A stretch of DNA of 63,150 nt, counting the filler, from Hausera hauseri (Eukaryota), in assembly GCA_046269625.1 (NCBI GenBank). It is 12 parts of 12 records of this genome, joined end to end, with 100 filler letters (N's around TTAATTAATTAA, not from the genome) between each part and the next. Parts side by side here need not be neighbours in the genome. Positions count along the whole stretch, not along the records: positions 19,944 to 25,031 come from JBJURY010340269.1; positions 25,132 to 29,294 come from JBJURY010727323.1; positions 29,395 to 37,796 come from JBJURY010655441.1; 9 more parts are not named here. One strand, 5' to 3'. The translations under genes were made by a program, and so were the position numbers. Every line of letters starts with the position of its first letter. The stretch's first letter is position 1. Below are positions 23,888 to 37,896 of this stretch, piece after piece. The notes under the pieces were generated by a model. That model was not told the origin of the DNA and did not search any database. It was given only the letters and a program-made list of their open reading frames with translations.

Positions 23888-26355
23888 CTTTAGTAAAATG
23901 AATTGTTGTTTAATCAATGATTCATTATTTGGTGGGAAAATAAGACCATGGAAATAAAATTACTTGGAACTAATACAAGTAATCAAGACTCTACTTATAA
24001 GTTGAGGTTTCTATTTATATATTTCGTTTAATTTATATTAACGCAATCGATACAGAAAAACATGAAATTTTAAATACATCGACCATTAATTATAATATTC
24101 AAATTGTCGCCATAGTTTCCATATGAATGTTACATACACCGATAATTAGAAAATTGAGACACGAAAAAGTACAAGTTTAGCGAATTAGGAAATTGAAGTA
24201 AACACATGAATATAATTTTCATTATTGATAATTATTCAATAAGTGATAGAACTAAATTATATGAATGCAATGCGCATATACAATCATTATGCTGCCATTA
24301 AAAAAGGTGTTGACTGAATTTAGCAAAATTTACAAATAGAAACCTCAGAAATATTAGCTCTATTCATGCATAGATGAGCAGTCACATTTTTGACAATTAA
24401 TTGATATATATATATACAGTTTATAAACATGCAAAAGCATCCGGGTTTGTCTGGACGAAAAATAAACGTACTGTTTGATCCATTCTGCCATTTGCCTTTA
24501 CATTAGCACCCTGATACAATAAAAGCAAATTAATAATAGTCCACACTGAATATTTAGACCTGTGATAGGCAACCCGTGGATCTTCATAATATTTTGTGGC
24601 TCTATATTTTTTACTATCGACAAATTCAAGTTTTGAAAATTAATGAATATTGTATAAACGATTTCAAAATTTCCTAATTGAGCTATTTCACTAGGCGATA
24701 ATATTCAAATTACTGTAAAAAATGCAATAGATTTACATGTTTTTGTATAACAATTTTAGTTTTCTGGGTGAACTTTTTTTGAACAGACGTAATTCATCAA
24801 AAAAATTTATGGAGCTTGAAAAAATTTAATATGGCTGTTATAAGTCTAGGTTGCTCACCCCTGATTTAGACAGTAAACATCAAAACGAAAAGGTTTAGGT
24901 TGTCCTGAAAATTTCAGATCATTAGAAATGTGAAATGCTGATAAACTACACGCACTAGGCTTTATGTTCAACAACAGATCATTTTGGGAAGGCAAGAAAA
25001 TTGCCATGTTACAACTCGTAAAACGGGTGAANNNNNNNNNNNNNNNNNNNNNNNNNNNNNNNNNNNNNNNNNNNNTTAATTAATTAANNNNNNNNNNNNN
25101 NNNNNNNNNNNNNNNNNNNNNNNNNNNNNNNTCATTAAGGCACAGTTGCCTATGTTACCGCCTGCGGCTCCAGTCTATAAAGATTGGGACAAAAAATCCA
25201 TGAACTCATATCAGACAGAGATGTATAAAAAACAATTAGTTTAGAAGATCCCTACGAAGGAATGAAACGTTATGGAGTCTTGCCGAAAATGTGCTATCGA
25301 CAGCCCGTGGACGACCCCAGAATATTGTATTCTCCAAGAGAACCTCGGAACATAGAAACTAGATCACCTGTCTAGGAAAACCCAAGGTTGAAAACCTTCC
25401 GGAATATATAACCATATACTAACAATCGAAAACCATTAATTAGCACACACGAAACGGAAGAATTGAACATCAAAAACAATGAATTGTACCCAAACGGAGA
25501 ATTAAAATAACTATCGGAAAGTATAGTATCCTCCCCGGAAATCCAAAGAAACGGACATAAAATATCGGCGACTAAACACCCAAAAGTTGCATCAAATTGT
25601 TTTAGAACGCTAATAGAAAGAAGACCCTTCGCCAAAATCATTATTTAAGATTGGGAAGTTTATGAGCTAATCAATACAGGTTCTGAGATGTCTTACATTA
25701 GAAATAATTCAATACCACAAACGCTAAGAGGACAGTTATACCCACCATCAACAAAGGATCCAGGAACTACAGGAGCTTTTGGCCAAATGTCGAAACCAAT
25801 GTTTAAATAAAATCCAGAAGTTCAAATAGTTGGCCAGTATTTCCATCACGAATTTGTAGTTATGGCACGATTAACTGATGATGTAGTTTTAGGATGCGGT
25901 TTATTGAAAAGACTACCAAATATAGCAATTGATTTGCAAACTGGAAAATTAACAGAAACCTGACCAGATAAGGGAGTAAAAAGGGCTAAGGATAGGAAAT
26001 TTGGAGAAGTGTGGAGATTAGTGGATGAAAATAATCCACCAAGAACAGAGATGATAATTTATGCGAAAATTCAGCAAGACGATGATCAACCGGTATATTT
26101 CGAACCCAAGAAGACATTAGGTCCAAAAAAAGTACACAGCAACATACTGAAAAGAGTACACTCCCGTCGAGCCCCGATCAGAATAGCAAATAATGCACAG
26201 ACCCCCGTCAATCCTCATGCTTATACCACTCTAAGAAATACTTATAGAGTGTCGTCTATAACTATACTTACTGCCAATTTTATGAATTATTATGTCACTA
26301 TAAATCAATCATTGCCTAAGACGACGAAGATATTGGCTGGTCAAAAGCATTAAAA

Positions 26356-27806
26356 TTGACTATCCCGCTTAAGGAAAAGCCTGGTTCAAATGAAGAAATA
26401 GATCATGAAGATCAAAAAATGTCGAAATGGTATCCTCCACCACATTCACTAAGGCCAAAGATAACAAAAGAAGTCGAAAGGATGCTTAAAGCCGATATAA
26501 TTAGGCCCAGATATAGATCTTGGTTTTCACCAATCGTCATGGTTAAAAAGAAAGGTACAACAAAACATCGATTTTGTACCAACTGCAGAGCCTTGAATAA
26601 TCTTATGTTGAAAGATTCCTTTCCATTGCCATCAGTGAAAGAAGCTCTAGACAGACTCTCAGGAGCAAAATGGTTCACCACTCTGGATTTACAATCTGGA
26701 TATTGGCAAGTAGAAATGGGGGGCAAAGATCGTTATAAAACAGCATTCAAAACACACGATGGTGTTTACGAATTCAACGTCATGCCGTTCGGTATTACTA
26801 CCAGACCCGCTATTTTTACAAGAATGATGAAAAAGATGTTAATGGGACCAGACAATGCCTTTGCATATTTAGATGATGTAATCATAGCATCAAAAACAGA
26901 AGAGGAACATTTGAAAGATATTGAACACACGTTGATGAGATTGGCACAGGCCGGATTGAAATTAAACCCGAAAAAATGTAAATAAGCTCAAAACGCAGTA
27001 TCCTTTCTTGGCTATATAGTTGTAGAAGGGGGATCCAGAACAGACAAATCATTATTGAACAAAATATCAGATTGTATGGAACCTCAAAATCAGAAAATGC
27101 TAAAACACTGGCTAGGTTTATGTCGATATTATGCCACTTATGTGCCAGACAATTCGAAAATAAATGTACCCTTATACCGTCTACTTAAAAAGGAATTAAA
27201 TGAAAATAGACGGACGTCGAACAGAAATCTTTCGACGAGATGAAGAAGATATTAACAAGTGAACCAGTTTTACGACACCCAGATTTTAACCTACCCTTTA
27301 TAATCTAGACATATGCTAGTAAAGAAGGTATTGGATATGAATTAGCGCAGAAAAGAGAAGATGAAGAATTAGAACACCCAACCGCTTATAGAGGGCGTCC
27401 CTTGAAGAAGGCCGAGAAAAATTATTCTGTTACTGAATTAGAAAGTCTAGCCGTAAAGGACGCACTTTGATACTTCAACGTTTATGTATACGGACACAAA
27501 ATTATAATTTTCACTGATCACAAGGCCGTCATGACCTCAAAAGGACCAGCAAATAATCCGACCTGCAGACTTAATAGATGGATCGAAGAAATCTCTAGAT
27601 ATAATCTTGAATTTCAGTACAAACCTGGAAACAAACATATAGATGCTGATGCACTATCGAGATTAAAAACCAAGACAAGCGCGATCACTGTAATGAAAAA
27701 AAACCTGCTTGACGAAATAATAGACTGCCAAAGTGCCCTAACATTGGGTAAAGCAATTAAAATCTCAACAGAACAAAAAGGGATCAGGTTATCCACCAGA
27801 TTATAG
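26356..27806 (+). pseudogene. pol: Reverse transcriptase and RNase H, disrupted
   Basis: LDLQSGYWQ, MPFG, AYLDDVII, LKLNPKKC, RLNRW...YKPGNKHIDADALSR. Confidence 0.93.
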
Positions 27807-27984
27807 AATTTGCTAAAACGGATATGATACCAAAAGGGCGACAGCTAAAGAAACATTTACATAGGTACGGATATAAATACTGCGTCTTTAATAGCAAAAA
27901 ACAGCGAAGACATTCTGTATTACGAACGAAAAGGAAGAAAATTGATAGTCATTCCAAAGGGTCTACGTAATGAAGTCTTAATGG

Positions 27985-28960
27985 CAGAACATGATTCATA
28001 CTTAGCAGGACACATGTCATGGAAGAAAACGCTAGAAAGATTATTGAACAATTACTTTTGGCCCAATATCTATATTGATGTAAAAATTGGTTAAGTGCTT
28101 GTGAAGTATGTGCCACTAAACAAAAGAAGACAAAAAATTACATGGCCGAATTAAAACCAATCAATGTACCCGATAGACCCATGCAAACCATGTCAATGGA
28201 TATCGTAGGACCACTTCCTGCGATCCACAAAAACAATAAATATATCTTAACTTGTTTCGATCGACTAACTCATTTTGTCGAATTGATAGCTCTGATTGAT
28301 CAAAAGGCAGAAACCTTGCCCGAAGCTGCAGTAAGAAAAATTATTTGCCGATATGGATCCCCAGGCTGAATACTAACAGATAGAGGAAGAAATTTTACAA
28401 GCGAACTATTCGAGAAGATTACTAAAATATTTGAAATCAAACGACTAACTATTACTGCTTATCACCCCCAGTGCTATGGAATGGTTGAGCGAATGAATGC
28501 AAATGTCATACGCATACTATCAATAGTAGTAGCAAAAGACCAAAAGGATTGGGACGAATTTTTAGAAGAAACTCAGTTCGCTATTAATACTACTCCGCAT
28601 ACGGCAACAGAATTTAAACCATTTTTTATGATGTACGGACGTGAAGCCGTGTTACCTACAGACTTAGGCATGACACCATGTACGGTCAATTCCGAAGATT
28701 TAGAACAAAACTTCGCAGAAGTACTACAGATGCGATTACAGAAATGTTGGAAAATCGCCAGGAAGTTGTCTCAAGAACATCAGAAACAATATAAAAAGCA
28801 ATGCGATAAGAAAGCAAAACCGCATGATTTAGAACGTGTAAATTGGATTTATGTGCATTATCCACAAGCCAAAAACGGCACGTCATTAAAACTGACTCGT
28901 ACAGGTTGTGGACCTTACTAAATTATTAGAGTTACTTCAACTACGGTGTACATTACCAAG
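27985..28960 (+). pseudogene. Integrase (HHCC, DDE, GPY/F), disrupted
   Basis: HDSYLAGH...CEVC, MDIVGPLP, LTDRGRNF, GMVERMN, PFFMMYGRE and GPY. Confidence 0.92.
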
Positions 28961-30129
28961 AATACAAAGGAAGAAGTTGTATTAGTACAAAGAGTTGTTA
29001 AAACGGAGACACGGCCCAACAAACACTTTAACTTACATTGACGTGAGGTAAAAGCTTCCTCAATAATTTCCAGACCTATATCATACGTTCAAATAGTCTT
29101 AGCACTATCATTAATTGCCTTTTACATTCCAAGAACAGAAAATCAGTGGTGGGACGATGAAACTACGTTAGGAGATGTATATGGAATTCGGAGAGGCGGT
29201 TCAAGGCCAAAAAATACTATAACGGAAAAAAAGCCAACGGCCGAAGAGATCCAAAAACAAGAAAACACTAAATTGTTACAACCAATGACGGTCANNNNNN
29301 NNNNNNNNNNNNNNNNNNNNNNNNNNNNNNNNNNNNNNTTAATTAATTAANNNNNNNNNNNNNNNNNNNNNNNNNNNNNNNNNNNNNNNNNNNNGGTCTA
29401 CAGTGTTGCTGTTAGCATTATGTTCACTGGGGAAACTCACCTGGTTCACAAACAAACCACCAGAACAAAGGATGCCAACAAATGAGTCATTATAAAAGGC
29501 AACTTTGAGGCAGAAATATGTCGAAAATGAAACACCTGAAAGCAGGTAAAATCCTTGTTCATAAGACTAAAAAGATGAGCATAAATCATAAAGGCATTTT
29601 CATAACATGTACTGTGTATTGACCAGTGTTAATGTTTGCTGGGTTTTTACATCTGTACATGAGGCATTTCACTCTGACAAACCGTTTCATAATGCAAACA
29701 TTCACATACAAGTCAAAAATGTAAAGAAAATAAAACATTTATAATACAACCATCAAACTTTCCAAAATGCAAAAATATGCACACATTTCCTGTAAGTTAT
29801 TCAAAGGCTAATTTGAACAAAGTCAACCACAGATTTCATGTCTGCTTCTAGGACAGCACTGACTGCACACTCTTCTGAATTTCACATCCTCTGATAAAAA
29901 GTACCGAAAGCTTTATTTCAGATCAAGTTTGGGATTTAATATATCTATAACAGAAAACCTGGGACATGAAACAGATAAAATCATTCTTGGTAGGCCAAGC
30001 TGAAATAAAAAATACTAAAACAACAATTTGAACTGATCTTCTGTAGTTTCAGCTTTGGTGAGGCATCTTCTGAAGTTTAACAGAGAATTGTCATCAATCA
30101 AATGTAATCCAGTTTCAACCGCTGAGTCA

Positions 30130-31250
30130 CAGAGGCAATGGGTCTAAGAGGGAAACTCAAACATCCGTACGCCCAGAAACCCTCTCTAGCTCCTCCAGGA
30201 GACCCGAAGGTGTGCAGGTGAGAGAGGATTCATAATCCCTCCAGTGAGTTCTCCCAGTGGGGCTGAACCACCTCAGCTGACTCCTCTCAGTGCAGTTCTA
30301 CTCTGAGCTCTCCATGAATGGAGCTCCTCACCCTGTCACTAAGCCTGAGCCTGGTCTCACTGAAGACTCCTCGTACCCAGATTCTTGTTCATACCTCATG
30401 ACCACAGGTGAGAGCAGGAACTTAGAAGACCAGTAAATTGAGAGTCCTTTCCTTTCTCACTGCAACTGACTGGAGCAATGTTCTCATTGTGGCAGATGCT
30501 GCCCCGCCACATGTCACATCTCTTAGAAGAAGTATCCCTGATTCTTGAACTCCTCAGCTTGAAGCAGAGACTCACCTCAGACCCAGAGGAAGCTTTGTTT
30601 TTTTCTCGTTGAGAACCATGACCTCACACTTAGAAAAGATGACTCCTCATGCTTGCTGCAAACCAACCCAGCACATGCTGAAAGGTCATGACAATCACCT
30701 GCACCTTGAGATCTGCTTCTCAAACACCACGAATGAGATCAGAGACAAGAGACAACAGTGACAGAGTCCAACCTGCATCTGAGTCGAGCTTTGTGCCAAG
30801 GATTCAGACATACTGTAGTTCTTGACTTGGTCATGCAGGCAGCAAATAGCCCTTTAACTCAGCACTTTCTTAATAAACGCCTCGGGGAACACGGTTATAA
30901 GCACGCTCCAATTACACAAAAGACCAGAGAGTCAAACACCCATGACCCACTTAGCATCCCGGTCACGGCAAAGACCTGGAAAACTGCTAGAAAGGATGAA
31001 AGCAACACTTGTTCTCCTGAATATGAGCTTCAACTATCGGTTGGAGTCTCCCTTCCGACAGCCTGGATAAAACTTTACAAGAGTGGCTGAGAGTTGTAAT
31101 CTATCAATAGTCCCCCTTTTTAAACAATAGAGACCTCCAACCTGGTGTGTCTCCTCCCAGTGACCCACCACCAACGAGCTGTTTAACTACCTCAGATGTA
31201 GTCGTAGCATTGAAGCGATGACCTTGTCTTTTGGTGACTCACTGATTGGG
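30130..31250 (-). mobile_element. Degenerate RTE-clade LINE (Expander/Rex3-like) remnant
   Basis: Minus-strand LFKKGD...KVLS RT remnant near 31075-31125. The CTACTCTGAG...GAGCTCCTCACCCT motif resembles fish Rex3/Expander. Heavily deleted. Confidence 0.55.
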
Positions 31251-31853
31251 GAAAAATGTATCATTTGGCACAAATAAGCACTAAACAGATGTCTTTATGA
31301 CTTTTTTTTAAACGTCTTGAGAACATTTTCTGAAAGCTCCACCCGACATTCAGAATTGTGTGTACAGATGGGATGATAATCGCTGGGGAAAGAACCCCAC
31401 CCCTGAGCATTAACAGCAAAAATCAAAACACAAAGTGATATTTATGAAGCCATCCTTAATCTCCTACCACATCCACCCCACACAGACACACACACGTTAG
31501 TAAAAACAAATAAACTAAATTATAATCCATATAAAATGCACCTCCTAATATTCTGGTATTTTGGAGCCTCGTTCTCAGTTTACAAGAGAATTTCTTCTCT
31601 TTTGTGCTTTAAACTGAACATAAGCTGAGTTGAGCGACACAGTTGTGACATCAGAGGTGAGAAGTCGGTCTACTGGGATTTCCAGTTCAGTTTTATTCAA
31701 AGTCTGTGGTCAGATATTATAGGATGTGGTTTGAAACCGATCAAAGTACAAAGAGTAGCTGTCCTGCAGCATGCTGCTGTCTGGCGGTCTGTTTCTAGGT
31801 TTCCTGTGAGTCGTATTGTGAGTATTCTCTGACTCCAGCTGGCATGTACAGTT

Positions 31854-34800
31854 TTAAATTTCGTTGATCGTCCGCTCTGAGGGTCTGTATCCCTCCGCTC
31901 CTTTGGGGGACGACATGTAAAAGGACTGGGTCTTGCGTTTTAAGCGAGCCCTCTTTGTGGCCAGTGACAGACTGTGCTTGCTGGAGGCGATTATGTCAGA
32001 GATGAACTTCTTGCAGTCCACACACACCTCCATGGTGGCCCAGTCCTCTGTCAGCTCCGGGGGGAGCTCCAACTCTTCGTGAGACTTTAAAGAGCCGTGC
32101 TTCGAAAGCCTACGTGGAAAACAAACAAACAGATTCAGAACAATGAACTTTTGTCCTGAGAAAACAAATTACACCTGTTTTCAACTCTAGGGTTTTATGT
32201 ATCAAGACTTGATAAAAAGGATCTGGTCTTTACCAGGTCTGAAGATTAATTAATTATAACTTCAACAGTTTCCTCCATGTTCATTAACTATAAAACAAAA
32301 GTCAACCCTTTATGCTTCCATGTGATTTCAAAGTTTTGGCAGGTTAGTGCTGTGTGTCGACACAAGAGGGGCAGACAACATCAACAACTGAGTGACAACT
32401 GTTGCTGCAAATAAACCTGGAACGTTGCATCGATCCAACTTTGCAAAGTCAAGTCATCTTCAGGTTTACTCAGATCTGAATAACACCCATGCACAGTACC
32501 ATGTTTGTTGCAAAGTAAACACAGCAGATCAGCACAAATACCCCATTACTGCAGGGGGGTGGAGGGAGGATGGTTTAGGCTTGTTTTTCAGCCACACGAC
32601 CTGAGCTATTCTAGGGCAGGGGTAGGCAACCCTGGTCCTCGAGTGCTGCTGTCCTGCATGTTTTACCTGTTTCTCTGCTCCAACACACCTGATCTGAATG
32701 AATGGTGATTAACAGGCTTCTGCAGAACTTGGAAGAGGTGATTCGATCTCTGAATCAGGTGTGTTGGAGCAGGAAAACAAGTTAAACATGCAGGACAGCA
32801 GCACTTGAGGACCAGGGTTGCCTACCCCTGTTCTAGAGTCAAATGTGAGGCAACCTGACTGACTGACAGCTGAAACTCAGACCAATCTGGGTCCAGAAAG
32901 AGGACGATGATTCCAAACACAGCAGCAAATCTACAACAGAACTGTAACGGATCCAGAAGGGCTCCTCAATATAACTTTTGTCTGAGGCTTTTATTTTGTT
33001 AATTTCATTTGGACCCAGTGTTTTTCACTTACTTGTGTTATTCAAGAACCAATAATGGATGTACTATGTGTGTATTTACATGCAATATTATTGTTAAATA
33101 AAATTAATCGATTTACCAAGCTTTTATTTTGATGTACTTCCTGTCAGATTACATACTTCTATGTAACTGCTGGTAGTTTGAATATGGCAGAAAAAGATGA
33201 GGGAACTTTGATAAGGATTTAAGGGCGTTACAGATTCTTTATTTAGTGTCCAGTTGGAGTGGGAACAGTATGGTTTTTATTCATGTTTTACTGCTGTTAG
33301 AGACACTTCATTTAATTCATGCATCAGGTATCATTTTACATTGATATTAGTGCTATAGAGTTCTAGTATGTAATGGTTCAAAGATAGCAGATAGTTACAT
33401 TTATAAGGAGAACCTCTACTTGCTAATAGTTTTACTGGAATTTATATTTGTTTACTGAATAATATGTAAAAAGTTACTTGTTTAAGCTCTTTAATGTTTT
33501 GAAAAGTCATTCTGTTGATATTTGTGCAAGTAATAATTTATTTATATGAATAATAATTTACAAATATTTTAAGTCCCATAGCTCTTACAGAGTTTTTTAG
33601 GACAAAAAGGCAAAGGAAACAAATAAAGGAACATTGTGAAAGTACTCATCAGTACGCTTCATCATCTGCCTGAGGTTTGCTTCAAGTATAGCTAAAACAA
33701 AGGCTCCGTGTGCTGCAGTGGGACCTTAAGAGCTGAGCTGAATATCTGCACACTTTAATGAACTGGAACAATATTGTAAAGAAGAGTGGAACAAAGTGGA
33801 ACCATAAACATGCTCTACATGACTGGTAATGTTTATATTTAATAACTAACAGCATAAAGAAATATTTTTCTATTGCTGTCATAGTCTGCTAGTTGTGATT
33901 CTGCTCACTAGTTGTCAGTATTGACCATCTAAAAGAGGAGCATAAGTCCACCTTTGATGTTGAACCTAAGCAGCAACTAAACTTTTTGTACTTTTTGTTT
34001 GTTTGTTTCCTATTTTAAAATGTGAACATGTTTCAACCATTTATTCTGTTTTTGTACATCTGTGACACCAATCAGCACATTTAGTTGAAAAGATGAGACA
34101 CACACCCTTTGAGAGAACAAATCAAGTTGTTTGTTGTTGCTTACTTGGACAGGGTCTTTTGAATGCCGTGATGCTGTTGGCTCCCGGAGGATTTGTCAGT
34201 TTTGGGGGCTGCTGCCGCCCCTGTAGCCTTTCCAGCTCCTTTAGAGGCTGCTTTTGTAGCTCCTTTAAACACAATGGAGTCACCAGGCTCTCTGGTCATT
34301 GCTGACGGCCCCGGACCCCCAGCCACAGCGAGGCCTTGTCCCACAGAAGCCATGGCATTTATTCTGTCTCTGGGGAGAGTGTTGGTCGAGCCAATGGAGT
34401 AAATTGGCAGACTGGAGTAAGGCTTGGATGGTAGCCGCATCTGTTAGAGAATGGAAGGTATAAATGTTAATAAGAAGCAGGAGAACAGTTACCTAGAGCA
34501 GTGGTCCTCAACCCTGGTCCTCAAGGACCCCCTATCCAGCATGTTTTCCTTGTTTCCCTGCTGTTCAGCAGGTCTTCAGAAGATTGTTAATCACTCATTC
34601 ATTCAAACCAGGTGTGTCAAATCAGGGAAACATCTAACACATGCAGGACAGGAGTTCTTGAGGACCAGGGTTGAGGATCACTGACCTAGAGAACAGATTT
34701 TAGTGTTCCTGCAGTTACACCAACAAATGATGAAGGAATTATTCTTATTTTTAAGTCCCACCACCAAAGGCTCGAGGGTGAACAAGATTTTGCCATATCT

Positions 34801-35618
34801 GTGTGTGAGTATGTGTGTTTTCATGTGTTTGTGTGTGTGGACGTGTTTGCTACATCATGGGGACCCTTTTCCAGAAAAACACAATCTTGTGGGGACCCAC
34901 TGCTCCTAACTGGATTGGTGATTTTTTTTGTGGTTTGCTGGGGATTTGTGGACTGTTTTTAATGTTGAAGCCCTGCTTTTTACAAAAGTTAATTTGTTCT
35001 TTTAAACAGGATTTGTTGCTATTTTGAGGCCTGGAATTTAAAGACGTTGGGTATTTTAGGCATCTGCTTTGGGGTAATAATGCTTTGTTTGGTTTAGGGT
35101 TTTATAAGGAGGATTATTTTGTATATGTAGAAACCAGTCAGGGTTAGATATAGAAATGACTGGAAAATTAATGCAAGACAAAGCAAAGTCCCCATGAGGA
35201 TAGAAAAACGTGTGTGTGCATCTCATGAACCCCTACATAGATTAGAATAGAATGAAACGCACAGTAATTGGCTGGAGTTCACCAAATCCAATATGGCTGC
35301 CACAGCTAATCAACTTTAAAACATGTGTCCTCTGTCAGTTTGACTGTCTTTATATATATTTCATAGTAATTATGTGTCCAGTCCTACTATATATAAATAT
35401 AGAGGAATATAGTTCAAACTGTAGTTTTTAGTTTAGATTAGATTGAGACTCATTTCAGTGTGACTCGTGTATAATTAGTGTCTCAAAAGTAAAAAGATTT
35501 TTTTTAATAAGAAAACTTTGTTTTTACACAAACAAAAAAAGAGCTGCATTTCCTAATATACAAACAGCCTGTTTGTTCTGTTGGACCTACCTTTTTACAG
35601 CACTGTGAGCAAACGGGC
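31854..35618 (-). CDS. spire1: Protein spire homolog 1, last three exons (35618-35591, 34440-34145, 32109-31854), teleost-like
   Basis: PVCSQCCKK|[15 protein letters not shown]...|...[20 protein letters not shown]...[16 protein letters not shown]...SERTINEI matches the SPIRE1 mFYVE/FSI C-terminus. GT-AG sites are phase compatible. Confidence 0.95.
32617..32830. mobile_element. hAT (Charlie-type) MITE in spire1 intron
   Basis: TIRs CAGGGGTAGGCAACCCTGGTCCTC / GAGGACCAGGGTTGCCTACCCCTG, with 8-bp TSD TTCTAGGG/TTCTAGAG. Confidence 0.92.
34499..34683. mobile_element. hAT (Charlie-type) MITE in spire1 intron
   Basis: TIRs CAGTGGTCCTCAACCCTGGTCCTCAAG / CTTGAGGACCAGGGTTGAGGATCACTG, with perfect 8-bp TSD ACCTAGAG. 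Confidence 0.93.
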
Positions 35619-37896
35619 CTATAGAGACATAAAACAAGAAGAAATGAGTGAAAACTATAGAAAGCAGAAATCATGTAAATAATACAAAATATGTTGAAAA
35701 GATTTACTTTTTGCAGAACTGGCAGGTGTAAGACCAGGTGAAAAAGGAAAACCTTTTGGTTCGACAGCTGAAGCAAAGCTGCAAGAAGGAAAAATAATCA
35801 ATGTAAATTTCAAAACAGAAGTCTATAAATACCCACACATACTGGAAATAAAAGCAATTTCCTCAAAGGAACGTAAACCACAAGTTTCTGTAAAAGCATA
35901 TGTAGGCTGCCATGACAGACCTCTAGTCCCACACCCCAGTTTCATATTTCCACTGAGCAATTGATCCATTCAGAGAGTTATACCAACAAATCCAGTTTGT
36001 TTTTGCTTTAACTGGCAGCTTGAGCAGTTCAATCACAAGTTTGGGTTCAACTTGTGTTTTTGTCGGCTGCCACAACAATTGAAGGAAACTGAGAAACGCT
36101 TTAGAAACATTTTGTCTGGAACAAGACGTAGTAAAGACACGATCGTTTTCAGTGTCCTACAAACTGCACTTCATGCCGATGAAGGAGGATTGTAAACTAA
36201 CATGCAGAAAGCTTTAAATCTCAAAAACCCACTAAAGAGAGTTTGTTTGCTCTTTTCATTTTATTAACAAAAATCCCTCTGATTTTTCCTCCTATGCAGA
36301 GTTTTATCTGGGCTAAGACTGACCTGAAGCTTGTCCAGAAAAAGTGGACCACTGATGGTCAGACAGCTTCCAGCAATATCAACCCTGAACCTGGGCCTGG
36401 TGAGTTCAACTGTAAATGTGGTTTTTATCGAGCAGTTCTTTGCTTTTACTAAATGAAAGCCTGCAGTGAATTGCCGTAGCATCAGCGCTAGCTGCTGTTA
36501 GCCTGTTATTTACAGCTAAGACTTAAATTTAAAGAATTATTATGCCCATGCTCAGTAGCCACATGCTGGTAAAACTATATAAATGACCTAATTTAACTGT
36601 CTCAGTTCTTAGTAACCTGGGAATAATAATCGACCCTCTTCTCAAATACATACTGTGGGATTAAAAGAGCCCCCAGCGGCCATAAAAGTGTCCGGTTTGC
36701 TTAAATAAAAAAATATGCTAACAGAGTTATTAGAGGCAGTCTATTTATAATTTTTGTTTATCATTTATTTAAAATGACTGCAGCTGTATGAAACCCTCCA
36801 GTTCATCTCTAAAAGTTACTAGTGAACTAGCACCCAGTGAATCTTTTTATACTAGGAAGGAGAAAAGGCTGAGCACAATACTTTTATACAGTTATTACAA
36901 CTCTGGGGGGCTTTTACTTCAAGAACTGTTGATATTGATGATTTTGCGTGTGTGTCTTTGAGAAAGACGAGGCAGTCAGTAGTAGAAGCTGTCAGTAGCA
37001 GTAGCAGCTAACATCAGGACATAGCTTCATGTTATCAGTCTGTGAGCAGTGACAGCTGAGCCACTGATAAAGAATTGTCCTTGCTGCTTTTTAAAACATC
37101 CTTACAGTATAAACACCTCTGATGTGTGGCCTTTTACACCAAACTCCAGTGAAAAATGCTTTGATAAACAGTGATGGTGTGTCCTCGTAATTGTAACTGG
37201 CACAAGTGGAATTAGAAAACCAGCTACCGCTATGAATTATGGGTAGTGGAGTGAAATCTGGACTACTGTGGAAACAGTAGAGTAGATCTTTTTAATTAAA
37301 ATTGTTCTGGTTCCTATCCACCAAAATTAAGTACATATAACTTCCAATAAACAGAAAAAAACAACATATTTTATTGCCTTTACTAACAGTATCACTAAAT
37401 CAAAATGCAAAAGAAGTGTGTGAAAATCTAAATCTACACTTCTTGTTTGAACTGCAGGGGAATTTACAGTTAGTGCTGAAAACACAGCTGAACAACTGAT
37501 TACCAGTGTGTCCTAAAAGCAGCTTAAGAGTTTTTATTTGTGTGTTAACTCAATGACAAGAAGAAAAGTTTCTAAAAGGGATCCCTGATTAGTTGTAACA
37601 TTAGACTTTATTTGATAAACATTTATTTTAACTGTAAAATAATGACTGTAAAAATACTGCAGGCTGTTTAGTTTTGTAAATTTTTAAAAATATATTTTAA
37701 CACGGACAGAGCCATTTTCTTTACATGCAAAGCATTCTGGGTAAATGATGACGTGGGTAGGTCATCGGTGTGAGCTAGCTAACAAGCTAACAAGCTNNNN
37801 NNNNNNNNNNNNNNNNNNNNNNNNNNNNNNNNNNNNNNNNTTAATTAATTAANNNNNNNNNNNNNNNNNNNNNNNNNNNNNNNNNNNNNNNNNNNN

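Larger units (their letters stand above)
25132..29294 (+). mobile_element. Decayed Ty3/Gypsy element fragment: env tail-PR-RT-RH-IN-downstream ORF (copy B)
   Basis: Starts in sequence homologous to the copy A env cytoplasmic tail (LPMLPP...YxTE). Then LINTGS, YLDD, TDHKA and integrase. RT-RH-IN order indicates Ty3/Gypsy. Confidence 0.93.

Noticed and set aside
32895-32945. Tc1-like fragment ([11 protein letters not shown]), with another near 33760-33800
   Set aside because: Too short to annotate as an element. Such debris is common in fish introns.
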